Assembly: GCA_048938105.1 (NCBI GenBank)
Contig: JBHLMN010000007.1
Location: forward strand, 64,001-128,000
Source of the DNA: Promethearchaeota archaeon
Lineage (GTDB): Archaea > Asgardarchaeota > Heimdallarchaeia > Hodarchaeales > Hodarchaeaceae
Length of the DNA stretch: 64,000 nt
Direction of reading: 5' to 3'
The translations under genes were made by a program, and so were the position numbers. This document shows, one piece after another, positions 40,465-50,783 of the stretch. The notes below the pieces were generated by a model. It was not told the DNA's origin. It saw only the letters and a list, made by a program, of their open reading frames with translations, and ran no database searches. How positions within the stretch are numbered: position 1 is the first letter of the stretch; the number at the start of each line of letters is the position of its first letter.

Positions 40465-41979
40465 CTATCTTAATCCTAAAAAGCTACGAAGTGAAGGATT
40501 CATTTCCGCAACTTTTTCTTTACTCATCAATTCAAAGTATTGTCTCATAATACTAACAGAGAGAAGGATACCCATCCCAGAACCGATTGCCCCAAGAAAA
40601 TCCGCAAAAGCTGCAAGACAACCCATGAATAACCCACTGATTACAGCTATTGTAGGAATATACATCTCTAATCGGCGTTCAACAATCTTTTTGTTTTGAC
40701 GCCAGCCTGGCATCTGCATTCCTGATTGTAAGAACTGGCTTGCTACATCACGCGGCCCCATTCCAGCTGTTTCTAACCACATAACTGAAAAAATGACTGC
40801 AAGAATAATGAGAATGCTTGCATAAATAAAAGCACGAGCTAGGGACTCCATTGGTTTAGCAGGATTAATAACCCCAAAATCACCAATAAGTGAACGAGGT
40901 GGGGTTAAGAAATAGACAAGACCCCCTGTAGGGACATACTGATTAGAAACTTCATCAATCATGAACGTTCCTAAAAATAGGGTTAATGGATTTATAGTAT
41001 TTTGTCCATTGGGGGTAGTAATATTCCAGATTATTTGAGAGATAAAGTAGATATCAGCGAATACGGCTGAAGATAAGATGACTGGGATATTTGATACATA
41101 AAGTAGCTTAATAGGATAGGTTGAACGGATCCCCTTATATTGGGTATAAGAGATTGGAATTTCAATCCGCATTGATTCAAAATAGATCACAATGATAAAC
41201 ACAACAATAGTCGCAATGACAGAGAGGAGAGATAAGGAAGGGAGATTTACATTCTCAGATGGACTATAGCGGAAAAATAAGGCTCCTATTGCTTCAATTG
41301 GCCCTCGTTGTGTTGCCCAAGCCAAAAATGCAAAAGCAATCCCTCTCATCGAATTTACAGCAGGATCACCTAATCCTTCCTCAACGAGTTGTGCTGCAAA
41401 TAATCCTTGGAAAATTTGTAAGCCAACGCCTCCTGCAATAAAAAGGGAAATTCCTGATCCTAAACCCCACCCTTTCTGAACTATTTCATCAAGTAGAATG
41501 ATGATGATGCCTGCTGCTAATAATTGGGTAATTATTGCTAATTGATCCTCAGGTTTCAGATCAGTTCCATATGTTCCCCCAATTAAGAAAGCAGATGCTT
41601 CTATTATTGTCATTACTACTGACATGACCTTTTGGGCACCAGTATAGAGAGATCTCTCTTCTGGATCCCCCATATTTACACTGATAATTTTTGATCCAAC
41701 TAAAATTTGCATTATAAGCCCTGCTGTGACAATCGGGCCAATCCCGAGCTCGGCCAATGATCCTTGAGTTGAAGCTGTAATTGTGCGTAGATATGCAAAA
41801 GAGTCTGCTCCTTCATATTTAGCACCGATAATTGGTGTTGATGCCATTACAAAATAAATAACAAGAGCAGCAAATGTCCAGACCATTTTTTCATTAAAAT
41901 GCACCTCCCGAGTAGGTTTAGCGACTTCTGGGGTTATTGACATGAATGGCCGAACAGCTTGAAGAAACTTAGAAGTCAT
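40465..41979 (-). CDS. secY: Preprotein translocase SecY/Sec61alpha
   Basis: ELGIGPIVTAGLIMQ, KGWGLGSGISLFI, YPIKLLYVSNIPVIL, GSGMGILL; Sec61alpha-like N-terminus. Confidence 0.97.
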   Translation of the reverse strand: MTSKFLQAVRPFMSITPEVAKPTREVHFNEKMVWTFAALVIYFVMASTPIIGAKYEGADSFAYLRTITASTQGSLAELGIGPIVTAGLIMQILVGSKIISVNMGDPEERSLYTGAQKVMSVVMTIIEASAFLIGGTYGTDLKPEDQLAIITQLLAAGIIIILLDEIVQKGWGLGSGISLFIAGGVGLQIFQGLFAAQLVEEGLGDPAVNSMRGIAFAFLAWATQRGPIEAIGALFFRYSPSENVNLPSLSLLSVIATIVVFIIVIYFESMRIEIPISYTQYKGIRSTYPIKLLYVSNIPVILSSAVFADIYFISQIIWNITTPNGQNTINPLTLFLGTFMIDEVSNQYVPTGGLVYFLTPPRSLIGDFGVINPAKPMESLARAFIYASILIILAVIFSVMWLETAGMGPRDVASQFLQSGMQMPGWRQNKKIVERRLEMYIPTIAVISGLFMGCLAAFADFLGAIGSGMGILLSVSIMRQYFELMSKEKVAEMNPSLRSFLGLR

Positions 41980-42188
41980 GAAGTAAACTCCAAATAATCA
42001 CTATAATGAACTTATAACATCTAAATTTTAGATAATAGCCGAATTATGAGTTACAACTTGTCATACCCTCCTTAATTTTCATTTTATAATTTTTTGGTAC
42101 AATTTCCATACTTCATTTTAGTGTTAAAGGTTGTAGTACAATTTTCTAACTAACAGAAAGTATAAAAGATAGTAATTCCTTTTCAGAT

Positions 42189-42956
42189 ATGATGGTGGAG
42201 TCAATTTTCAGTAATAGGAGAAGAAAGAAATTCAGAGGTCTATTAATTGTTATTATCTTATTCCTGTCCATTTTTCATTTTTTATCTTTTTCTCATATCT
42301 TCACTTCAACTGAAAGTAGTGAGGTTATAATTGCTTCTGTAAAACCCTCCAATTATATAAAATCAATGAAAGAATATTTTTCTCAAGACATTGATGGACT
42401 TAATCAAATACAAAATATATTGAAACTAGAAACTCTATCAAGTTTACAACTGATCTTTCTTGGAAAAGCTAGAATAGAGAATGATGTAAATAAGAGTCAA
42501 AATAAAGAAACTCCAACAAATCGATCAATCATCAAGCGAATCATTGAAGAAAGTCCAGGTATAACGCTTCGAAAAATTCAACGTGTAACTGGCCTCGCTA
42601 TCGGAGTTCTTCAGTATCATTTAAATCATTTAGAAACTACTGGAATAGAAACATTAAGGTTGGGCCGATGCAAACACTTCTTTTTAAGTCGATATAATTT
42701 TTCACTGAAGGAAAAAATGTGGTTAGCAGTTATACAGAATAAGAACGTTAAAATAATATTACAGTTTTTGAAATCAAGAGGAAATATCGGTCTTCAAAAA
42801 GACATCGTAAATTTTGCAGGAATCAGCAAGGTTATGGTTTCTTACTATGTTAAACAACTTGAAAAGCTCGGAATAATCAATCGTAATCATCATCGATTAA
42901 AAATCTCTGAAGATTACCTTTACATAATGGATAGGTTTACAGATTTCAAGAATTGA
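42189..42956 (+). CDS. Membrane-anchored double winged-helix transcription regulator
   Basis: Basic stretch plus N-terminal TM; PGITLRKI...LQYHLNHLE and VSYYVKQLEKLGII HTHs. Confidence 0.75.
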   Translation: MMVESIFSNRRRKKFRGLLIVIILFLSIFHFLSFSHIFTSTESSEVIIASVKPSNYIKSMKEYFSQDIDGLNQIQNILKLETLSSLQLIFLGKARIENDVNKSQNKETPTNRSIIKRIIEESPGITLRKIQRVTGLAIGVLQYHLNHLETTGIETLRLGRCKHFFLSRYNFSLKEKMWLAVIQNKNVKIILQFLKSRGNIGLQKDIVNFAGISKVMVSYYVKQLEKLGIINRNHHRLKISEDYLYIMDRFTDFKN

Positions 42957-43093
42957 TTATTTTTTTACAGATAGTTCTCAGAAGCTGTCAAAACAAAGAC
43001 CATAAATATTAGGGATAGATTCACTATCTTTATCTAAGATAGGATAGATTGAAAGACACGTTCTTGAATATCCTGAATTGCTTGGGGATACAA

Positions 43094-43471
43094 ATGACTT
43101 GCCCAGACTCCATAAAAGAATTAAAATTACTAGTCGCGGACTTTATTAACCGTAGAAACTGGAATAAATATCATACAGTAAAAAATTTAGCAATGTCCAT
43201 TTCTATCGAAGCTGCTGAGATAATGGAATTATTTCAATGGCTCACAACTGAAGAAGCAGCAGAGCAAATCAAAACAGATCTTAATCTCAAAACAAAGCTT
43301 GAAGATGAACTTGCAGATGTCCTGATTTATTGCTTAAGCTTAGGTTATCATGCGAAAATTGATCTCAATAAAGTAATACGAGAAAAATTAATTCGGAACG
43401 AAGACCGATTTCCAGTAGAAGTAGTTTCTGGCCAATTAGGTCCATACAGTCCTCATTCATCCAAAAAATGA
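43094..43471 (+). CDS. MazG-like nucleotide pyrophosphohydrolase (dCTPase type)
   Basis: RNWNKYHTVKNLAMSISIEAAEIMELFQW and DELADV. Confidence 0.92.
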   Translation: MTCPDSIKELKLLVADFINRRNWNKYHTVKNLAMSISIEAAEIMELFQWLTTEEAAEQIKTDLNLKTKLEDELADVLIYCLSLGYHAKIDLNKVIREKLIRNEDRFPVEVVSGQLGPYSPHSSKK

Positions 43472-43487
43472 AGAAGAAGAATTAGCT

Positions 43488-44543
43488 TCAGCAAGTTCGA
43501 GGTTTTCGGAGATCATATTGTCTATAGGAGAAATCACGACTCTGAATCCATTCAACGATCCCTTTTAATGTTGATTGGAGGGATTTTCCTCGCCCACCTG
43601 CAGCTCTAGGATGACCTCCACCAGAATATTTACTTGCTATATAATCCACTCGATAACGCTCTAGTTCTGACTCGGGTAGTTGGGAATTAACCCTTAACGA
43701 AATTCCGGTAAATTGCTTACCTGGAAATAGTATACAGGAAATCTTTACCCCTTTTTCAAACAAGGTGTTTACTAAAGCGGATGTCATAATCCTCTCTTTC
43801 CCTTGGATAGTGATAATTACATCTGCAAACTCAAATTGATCTCCCAACTTAATACTCCTCTTCCTCAGTGTTCTCAAGCTCAATATCCTCTGCTGATACA
43901 GTTTATTAGTGAAAATTTCTAATTTTTGGTTTGATAAATCATGAAGAAGAGCAAGAACTTCTTCTACAGATTCAGGAGTATGACAAATGTCGTCTAAAAG
44001 CCACGCTTGCTCTTGATGAGTTGCTTCAAGAAAGTTTAGAGGAAAATCTTCTGGTGGAGGTAAAGTAAAACTAGCTGTATCAGTAATAGATGTCAAATCA
44101 GCTAATAACTTTAGATTTGCAGGTAAACAATCATTAAAATGCTTTGATAACAGTGAAGCCGTGCTGGGGGCATTCTCATCAAAAAGAACAATATTTGCTC
44201 TTTTCGTTATAGATTTATTTGATGAATGGTGATCACAATAAAGAACAACTTCTGATTCATTGAAAGGAGGAAGATCAACGATAGCAAGCCAATTTAAGGC
44301 TTTAAGTAAAACACCAAATTCTGGATGACGAAGTTCCTGAAATCCTAGCGGAATGAATACTGCATCTTGAAATTCTTTCAAAGATTTTAAAATAACAGCT
44401 GAGATAATACCATCCGCATCCACAGCATGAAATGCAACCTTGGGTTTAGGTAAGAGAGATAAGGAATGTATAAAACGGAAATCTCTCTTCATCTCATTTG
44501 AAAAATCGGCAATGAAACTTTCCATATCAAATAATAGCGCCAT
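43488..44543 (-). CDS. DHH family phosphoesterase
   Basis: HAVDADG, VDLP, YCDHH, TD and DHHA1 GGGHPRAAG. Confidence 0.9.
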   Translation of the reverse strand: MALLFDMESFIADFSNEMKRDFRFIHSLSLLPKPKVAFHAVDADGIISAVILKSLKEFQDAVFIPLGFQELRHPEFGVLLKALNWLAIVDLPPFNESEVVLYCDHHSSNKSITKRANIVLFDENAPSTASLLSKHFNDCLPANLKLLADLTSITDTASFTLPPPEDFPLNFLEATHQEQAWLLDDICHTPESVEEVLALLHDLSNQKLEIFTNKLYQQRILSLRTLRKRSIKLGDQFEFADVIITIQGKERIMTSALVNTLFEKGVKISCILFPGKQFTGISLRVNSQLPESELERYRVDYIASKYSGGGHPRAAGGRGKSLQSTLKGIVEWIQSRDFSYRQYDLRKPRTC

Positions 44544-44594
44544 TGATTTCACTTACTTAGGTCTATCCTGTTTAAGTTCTCTAGAAACACATGA

Positions 44595-45239
44595 TCACAA
44601 AGCGATTATTCTCTTGAAAGAGATATTTCTTTTCTCAAGGAAATCAAGAGCTAGAGCTGTGTTTCCTAAACTATCTCTATGATGAGCATCAGAACCTATA
44701 GAGAACCAGTATTCATCATCGAGATAATCAAACCATCTATCCATGTAATTTCCATAACCTGTGTTTAATTCGACTATGATTTCAAATTCACGTATTTTAT
44801 CTAGCACATAATTCACTTTTGATTCTGGTACACGAGTAAAGCGTGTGTGAGCTAACCCCACATTATATTCTGGATTCTTTCTTTTGAAATTCAGAACCTG
44901 TCGGAATTTTTTCTCCCAAGATGACTGCGCTAGAACGTATTCAAATAGAATCAAATCCCATTCAAAGGCTTCGAGGGAATTTAAGGATATAATTGAAGAG
45001 GTATCTACCTCTATGCCAATAAAAACCTTTGTCGCCGAAGGATGACTCCGTATTTCATCAAGTGTAGTGAAATATTCATCTAAATCCAAATCTGAAAGGG
45101 CTGGTTTCCAGGTAGAGTAATGATCAGTGATACATATTTCTTGAATTCCTCTTTCTGTGCTAGCTGAAATCATCTCTCGAGGACTGAAAAAACCATCAGA
45201 GAACGATGTATGGATGTGATAATCGATGATTCTAGCCAT
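44595..45239 (-). CDS. PHP domain phosphoesterase
   Basis: DYHIHT.FSDG, ITDH, GIE, AH, GSDAH. Confidence 0.92.
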   Translation of the reverse strand: MARIIDYHIHTSFSDGFFSPREMISASTERGIQEICITDHYSTWKPALSDLDLDEYFTTLDEIRSHPSATKVFIGIEVDTSSIISLNSLEAFEWDLILFEYVLAQSSWEKKFRQVLNFKRKNPEYNVGLAHTRFTRVPESKVNYVLDKIREFEIIVELNTGYGNYMDRWFDYLDDEYWFSIGSDAHHRDSLGNTALALDFLEKRNISFKRIIAL

Positions 45240-45402
45240 TTGTTTTCTAGCATTTTCTTGTGTAAAAGTATTTTATCTTTTTGGGGTAGACGCTATTTTC
45301 AGATACTCAGATCCTAATGGTTATTTCATAAACACAATATGTAAATAGAGATCCATACATTAGTTTTTGATGCCATGATCCGATTTTTGGAGGATTAAAA
45401 CG

Positions 45403-46167
45403 ATTTCTAAACTAGCAGTCCTGATAGATCCCAACAAAGGTGAAGCAACGGAACGGATGTTTCAGGCATTAAAAGGAATTTTAACAGAATGCGAGGATTC
45501 GACAAAACTTCCTCTAGAGATCTGGGTTGGGGACAGTTCTGAGATTTACAGAGGAGTTCATCGTTATTTAAAGAGACTTCACCAATTAGAAATCCAACTT
45601 CCCCCTGTAGTTATATTTCCTGGTCACCCTTTACAGATTTCGTCTTTAGCTGACTATATCCAAATGCCTACCCTTCTTAATACTTATAGGTTCAGGATCA
45701 AGGTAGTACTCAAGTTAGGGAAAAAATATCATTGGTTGATGAAATGGTGTAGAAGACCTCTTGGTAAACATTGGCCTATTGATCGTAAATATGGATACAT
45801 GGTTCTTAGTCCTCAATCATCCGTGGGTAAAAAGCTCCATGCTAAAGAATTATCTGATGAACAGGCATATGAAGAAATAACTGATAAATGGAGGGATTAT
45901 TGGTCAATGATCTATCTTGAAGCAGGCTCAGGGCGGTTTGGTGCTTCAATAGCAGAGCGATTGGATTTAGTAAGAAAAGTAAAAGAATTTGCTTATGAAA
46001 AAAAAGCAACTTTAATTACTGGAGGAGGTATCCGTACAAAAGCTCAAGTTGAGGACTTGGTTGATGCAGGATCCGATTTAATTGTAGTATCAACTGTACT
46101 AGAGCAATCAAAAGATCCTAAAGAATTAATGGAACAGTTTCTTGATGCAGTTGGCAAAACCAAATAA
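45403..46167 (+). CDS. Geranylgeranylglyceryl phosphate synthase-like (PcrB/GGGPS) protein, divergent
   Basis: PVVIFPG, YLEAGSG, GGGIRT. The conserved LIDPxK strand lies upstream of ATG 45457, so the start is inferred at ATT 45403. Confidence 0.78.
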   Translation: MSKLAVLIDPNKGEATERMFQALKGILTECEDSTKLPLEIWVGDSSEIYRGVHRYLKRLHQLEIQLPPVVIFPGHPLQISSLADYIQMPTLLNTYRFRIKVVLKLGKKYHWLMKWCRRPLGKHWPIDRKYGYMVLSPQSSVGKKLHAKELSDEQAYEEITDKWRDYWSMIYLEAGSGRFGASIAERLDLVRKVKEFAYEKKATLITGGGIRTKAQVEDLVDAGSDLIVVSTVLEQSKDPKELMEQFLDAVGKTK

Positions 46168-46500
46168 GGATCTCTTTGATTACACTCGATAAAGGCTAAT
46201 ATCTTAGATTCTTCAATTTTTTTCGAGTTTTTGAATCAAAAGGAGGTTTTATCTCCTTCATAATTCTGAGGTCAAATTTAGAATGGACTCCTAAGATGGG
46301 AAGAAGTCCAGGTTTTTTCCGTTTGAGTTTCTTCTTTCTTTTTGATGGGAGTAAATATTTCTTTCCTTGCCTCAAATAGAGACCTCACTCTTGTATTTCT
46401 ATATTCTAGCTATCTAACAATGAGTGATATATTTTCGATTTATAAAATCCTAACTAAATATATAATATTTTATATTTCGGAAGTATATAACTCCTAATTG

Positions 46501-47034
46501 CTATTCCAGCTTTTTTCCATATTCAAATAGATTTCCCACGTCATAAATATCTAATTGAACCTTTGATAGGGGAGTGGCTACTTTTAAGGGTTGATTCTTG
46601 GAAATATTAACGATTTCTCCTGTTTTTAAATTAACTTTAATCTTGTCACCTGTTTCAATGTTATCAGACATAATTTCTGAAGCCACCATAAGAGGTAAGC
46701 CTGAATTAATGGTGTTCCGTTTATAGATCGCTCCAAAAGACTCCCCAATGATCATTTGGACACCAAGGGCTCGAAAACAATCAACAGCTTGCTGTCTGCT
46801 ACTTCCAGCACCAAAATTCATACCAACAATTAGAATATCCCCAGATTTTGCCTTATCAGAAAAGTCTTGCCATCCTTGGAGATTACCAAAGGTATATTGG
46901 CCCATTTCATTGATGTCAGTAATATGTAAATGCTTATTGTGAAAAATCATGTCTGTATCTATATCGTCAATGGATTTTCCCTTGCTGTCCTTTATTACCA
47001 TTGCTCTTCCTTCAAGAATAATAGGTTTTTTCAT
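46501..47034 (-). CDS. LeuD/HacB family hydro-lyase small subunit
   Basis: DIDTDMI, NFGAGSSRQQA, SFGAIYKRN; GAGGTGA SD before ATG 47034. Confidence 0.9.
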   Translation of the reverse strand: MKKPIILEGRAMVIKDSKGKSIDDIDTDMIFHNKHLHITDINEMGQYTFGNLQGWQDFSDKAKSGDILIVGMNFGAGSSRQQAVDCFRALGVQMIIGESFGAIYKRNTINSGLPLMVASEIMSDNIETGDKIKVNLKTGEIVNISKNQPLKVATPLSKVQLDIYDVGNLFEYGKKLE

Positions 47035-47056
47035 TTTTTCACCTCTAAACTCATCA

Positions 47057-48310
47057 TTATAATTCTGGAACTGATATCTCACCAGCTAAAGCAGATGCAG
47101 CAGCAGTAGCTGGAGATGCCAAATATGTATCTCCTGAACCTTGTTTACCAGCAAAATTACGATTTCCAGTAGATATTTGCACCTCACCTTTTCCAGTCAT
47201 CCCAACTTGACCTGCAGCACAGCCACCACACCCTGGGTTGGTAATGATAGCACCAGCTTCATATAGAATAGTGATAAGACCATCATTCAATAATTGTCCA
47301 TAAACTTCTTTTGTAGCAGGGACAATCTTCATCATGACGTTTGGATGAATCTTTTTATTCTTGAGTATTCTTGCTACAATAGAGATATCTTCATATCGAC
47401 CATTAGTACAACTAGCGACAACTACAGAGTCAACTGGCGTTCCAGTAACTTCAGCAACAGGTTTAACATTAGCTGGGGAAGGTGGTAAAGCAATTAATGG
47501 TTCAAGACCTGAAAAATCGAATTTTAATTTTTCAATGTACTCCACATCTGTGTCTGATTCATATACAGGGAATTCACGACCACTTCGTTCTTTACAGTAT
47601 TGAATGACCTTTTCATCAGGGTGAATCAGTCCAATAATACCCCCCATTTCGGTAACCATTGATGCAAGGGTTATTCTTCCAGCTAAATCAAGGGATTCGA
47701 CAGTATTTCCATAAAATTCGATCGATTTTCCTAGGGCTCCCTTGGAACCAATCTGTTGAAGAACCCCAAGAGTCACATCCTTAGCAGAGGCGTTTCTTGC
47801 AGGTTTGCCTTCAATAGTGATAGTCATTGATTCGGGTACTTCAAACCAAGTTTTACCAGTCTTAAATGCGAAAGCAATATCCTGATCACCCATGCCTTGA
47901 CCAAAAGAGCCAATAGCCCCAAGTATGTTCAAATGTGAATCCGTTCCAACAACAGTGCTGCCAGGAATAGCTATACCTTTTTCAATCATAACATGGGATC
48001 CAATACCTGCGTCAACATCATAAAGATTTTCACGGGCCAATTGATTCCGAGCAAAAACGCGTGAAATATGTTGGTTTTCCGCATAACCAATGGTTTTTGC
48101 TGGAACAACGCAATCAAAAGTAAAGAAAGTTTTCTTCGGATCAGCTACTTGAGGTTCATTTGGGTAATATTTTTCTAAATTCTTGACAACATTAGCGCCA
48201 CCAAAATCTCTTGCAGATCTAACATCAATTTCCAACCAAACGATACTTCCTGGAGTAACATCCTCTGCTGTGTGGTTTGCAATGATTTTCTCGATGATAG
48301 TTTTTCCCAT
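47057..48310 (-). CDS. LeuC/HacA family hydro-lyase large subunit (divergent substrate motifs)
   Basis: GTDSH, ASCTNGR, GCGGC, STGNRNF, YLASP. Confidence 0.92.
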   Translation of the reverse strand: MGKTIIEKIIANHTAEDVTPGSIVWLEIDVRSARDFGGANVVKNLEKYYPNEPQVADPKKTFFTFDCVVPAKTIGYAENQHISRVFARNQLARENLYDVDAGIGSHVMIEKGIAIPGSTVVGTDSHLNILGAIGSFGQGMGDQDIAFAFKTGKTWFEVPESMTITIEGKPARNASAKDVTLGVLQQIGSKGALGKSIEFYGNTVESLDLAGRITLASMVTEMGGIIGLIHPDEKVIQYCKERSGREFPVYESDTDVEYIEKLKFDFSGLEPLIALPPSPANVKPVAEVTGTPVDSVVVASCTNGRYEDISIVARILKNKKIHPNVMMKIVPATKEVYGQLLNDGLITILYEAGAIITNPGCGGCAAGQVGMTGKGEVQISTGNRNFAGKQGSGDTYLASPATAAASALAGEISVPEL

Positions 48311-48599
48311 CAGTTTGTACACCTTTTTATTATTGGTAATAAGCAACGATAAAAGGAATAATCGTGAAATCGCCTATAAATCATCAACATATCATTTTGT
48401 AGTTTCGATTATAAATTTCATTGAATCAGCAAATCAAGGATAAGAATCTCTATTCATCTAAAAAACACAAGTAACACTATTACGAAACTCAAAAGGGGGA
48501 AAACATAAGGAGTTGATTTTAGTTTTCTATTGAAATTACATTCCCGAATACATATAATTATATATTAAAAGATATATCAATAATCGAAAACTTGCTAAG

Positions 48600-48833
48600 T
48601 TGAAATTGGAAGCTATCAAAGTGACGCTTGAAATCAAAGAGGACACTAATCTTCATCGTAAGGCCGAAATGGAGTTAGTCTGTCCCTGGTGTCATACTCA
48701 TAGCATTACTACCATTATTAACCATGGTACACTTCGTTTGAGATGCACTGATTGTGGGATGGATGCATTTATAACTAGAATCCCACGAAATAAGAAATTA
48801 TCTGATTACATTTCCCGTCGTTTAATTTCGTGA
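48600..48833 (+). CDS. Small zinc-ribbon protein (CX2C-X17-CX2C); start may be ATG 48669
   Basis: CPWC...CTDC. Confidence 0.65.
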   Translation: MKLEAIKVTLEIKEDTNLHRKAEMELVCPWCHTHSITTIINHGTLRLRCTDCGMDAFITRIPRNKKLSDYISRRLIS

Positions 48834-48940
48834 TGACTTATCCTAATAATAAGGTTTCTTATTTAGTCATTGAGAGTACACTCTCTTCAATAAAGAATTT
48901 AACTCATTCAACTATTCTGTAACTGAAGAGGAATTTAGCA

Positions 48941-50203
48941 ATGACTGGACAGACACTCATTCAGAAAATTCTTGCAAGAGCTGCAGGGAAAGAAACAGAA
49001 GGGGTATCCGAAAATGAGATAGTATTTGTTTCTCCCCATATGATTCTTAGTCATGATAATTCTGCTGCTATTTCAAAAACTTTCTATCAAATTACAGGAT
49101 CTGATGGTAAAGTTTGGGATCCAAATAAGATTTTCATTGACCTAGACCACGCGGTTCCTCCACCTGATTATAAGAAGGCAGAGAATCATAAAATAATCAG
49201 AGAATTTGTAAAAAAGCAAGGAATAAAACATTTTTATGATTGTGGGACAGGGATTTGTCATCAAGTTCTTCCCGAAGAAGGTTTAGTTCCTCCAAACGTT
49301 GTGATTCTAGGTTCTGATTCTCATACAACGACTCATGGAGCATTTGGGGCTGCTGGCATACCAATAGGTCGTACTGAAACAGCATCGGTATGGGCAATTG
49401 GAGAAACATGGCTTAAAGTCCCTGAAACGCTTAAAATTAACTTGAATAACTATTTACCTAAAGAAGTATTTGCAAAAGATGTCATTTTAGATATTATTGG
49501 ACAAATTTCGGCTGATGGAGCTACATACAAATCAATAGAGTTTTATGGAAAAGCTGTAGAGAAATTGTCTATCAGTGATCGAATGACGATCAGTAATATG
49601 TCAGCAGAGGCAGGGGCAAAAGCCGGGATCTTTCCAATTGACAAAGTTACTGATACTTGGAACAAACAGTTTGATTTTACTTATGAAAAACTTGAAGCTG
49701 ACGATGATGCGAGCTATGAACAAGAGCTCTCTTTTGATCTTGCTAACCTGACACCAAGGGTAGCAAAACCTCACAAAGTTGACAATGTTGTTCCTATCGA
49801 AGATCTACCAAAAACCAAAATAGATGTCGCACTTCTTGGTACGTGCACAAATGGTAGAATCGAAGACCTCCGAATTGCAGCAAAAATTCTAAAAGATAAA
49901 AAAGTTCATTCTAATATCAGACTACTTATTTATCCAGCTTCAAGAAGGATTCTTAATCAAACAATTAAAGAAGGGATTATGGAAATTTTTGTAGAAGCTG
50001 AAGGCCAAATAGGAGTACCAGCCTGTGGGCCCTGTTTAGGGGAGTATGGTGGAACCCTAGCTCCAGGAGAAACAGCCATTTCAACGGCAAATAGGAACTT
50101 CAGAGGGAGAATGGGAACTAGAGATGCTGAAATTTATCTAGCCAATCCTGCAGTGGTTGCTAAATCAGCAATAGCAGGGTATATTACTAATGAGGAGGTC
50201 TAA
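48941..50203 (+). CDS. leuC: 3-isopropylmalate dehydratase/homoaconitase large subunit
   Basis: HD, DH, GICHQ, GSDSHT, GTCTNGR, ACGPC, STANRNF; substrate not determinable. Confidence 0.9.
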   Translation: MTGQTLIQKILARAAGKETEGVSENEIVFVSPHMILSHDNSAAISKTFYQITGSDGKVWDPNKIFIDLDHAVPPPDYKKAENHKIIREFVKKQGIKHFYDCGTGICHQVLPEEGLVPPNVVILGSDSHTTTHGAFGAAGIPIGRTETASVWAIGETWLKVPETLKINLNNYLPKEVFAKDVILDIIGQISADGATYKSIEFYGKAVEKLSISDRMTISNMSAEAGAKAGIFPIDKVTDTWNKQFDFTYEKLEADDDASYEQELSFDLANLTPRVAKPHKVDNVVPIEDLPKTKIDVALLGTCTNGRIEDLRIAAKILKDKKVHSNIRLLIYPASRRILNQTIKEGIMEIFVEAEGQIGVPACGPCLGEYGGTLAPGETAISTANRNFRGRMGTRDAEIYLANPAVVAKSAIAGYITNEEV

Positions 50204-50208
50204 AAACT

Positions 50209-50721
50209 ATGAAATTTGAAGGAAAAATGTGGATCTTCCCTGATGATGACATTAATACAGATGTTATTTTCCCTGGGAAATATACGTACGAGCCCCTAAC
50301 TCCTGAACAAATGGCAAAATATGCCATGGAGGATTACGATCCCAACTTTGCAAAACAGGTTTCTAGGGGTGATATTATTGTTTCGGGGAAGAATTTTGGA
50401 TGTGGTAGTAGCCGTGAACAAGCTGTAATCTGCTTGGTAACAGCTGGGGTAGGTTGTGTTATTGCTAAATCTTTTGCACGAATATATTACAGAAATGCAA
50501 TAAATCAAGCTCTACCACTTGTTATTTCACCAGAATGTTCTGATTTCGTTATAGAGAATAAAAATACGCTTGATAACGAAAAAATTTTAGTAGATTTTGA
50601 TGTGGGTATCATTAAACTCCAAGCGAAGGAATTTCACTTCCCTAAACTTGATAGTCAAGCCTTGGAAATCTTTAAAGCTGGAGGGTTAGTAGAGTATACA
50701 CGTAATCGTTTAAAGAAATAA
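50209..50721 (+). CDS. leuD: 3-isopropylmalate dehydratase/homoaconitase small subunit
   Basis: DINTDVIFPG, NFGCGSSREQA, SFARIYYRN, GGL. Confidence 0.9.
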   Translation: MKFEGKMWIFPDDDINTDVIFPGKYTYEPLTPEQMAKYAMEDYDPNFAKQVSRGDIIVSGKNFGCGSSREQAVICLVTAGVGCVIAKSFARIYYRNAINQALPLVISPECSDFVIENKNTLDNEKILVDFDVGIIKLQAKEFHFPKLDSQALEIFKAGGLVEYTRNRLKK

Positions 50722-50783
50722 TCTTTTTCATTAAAGAAAGAAATAGGATGATGAAATGAGAGTTGATAATAAAGCTCTATCAA

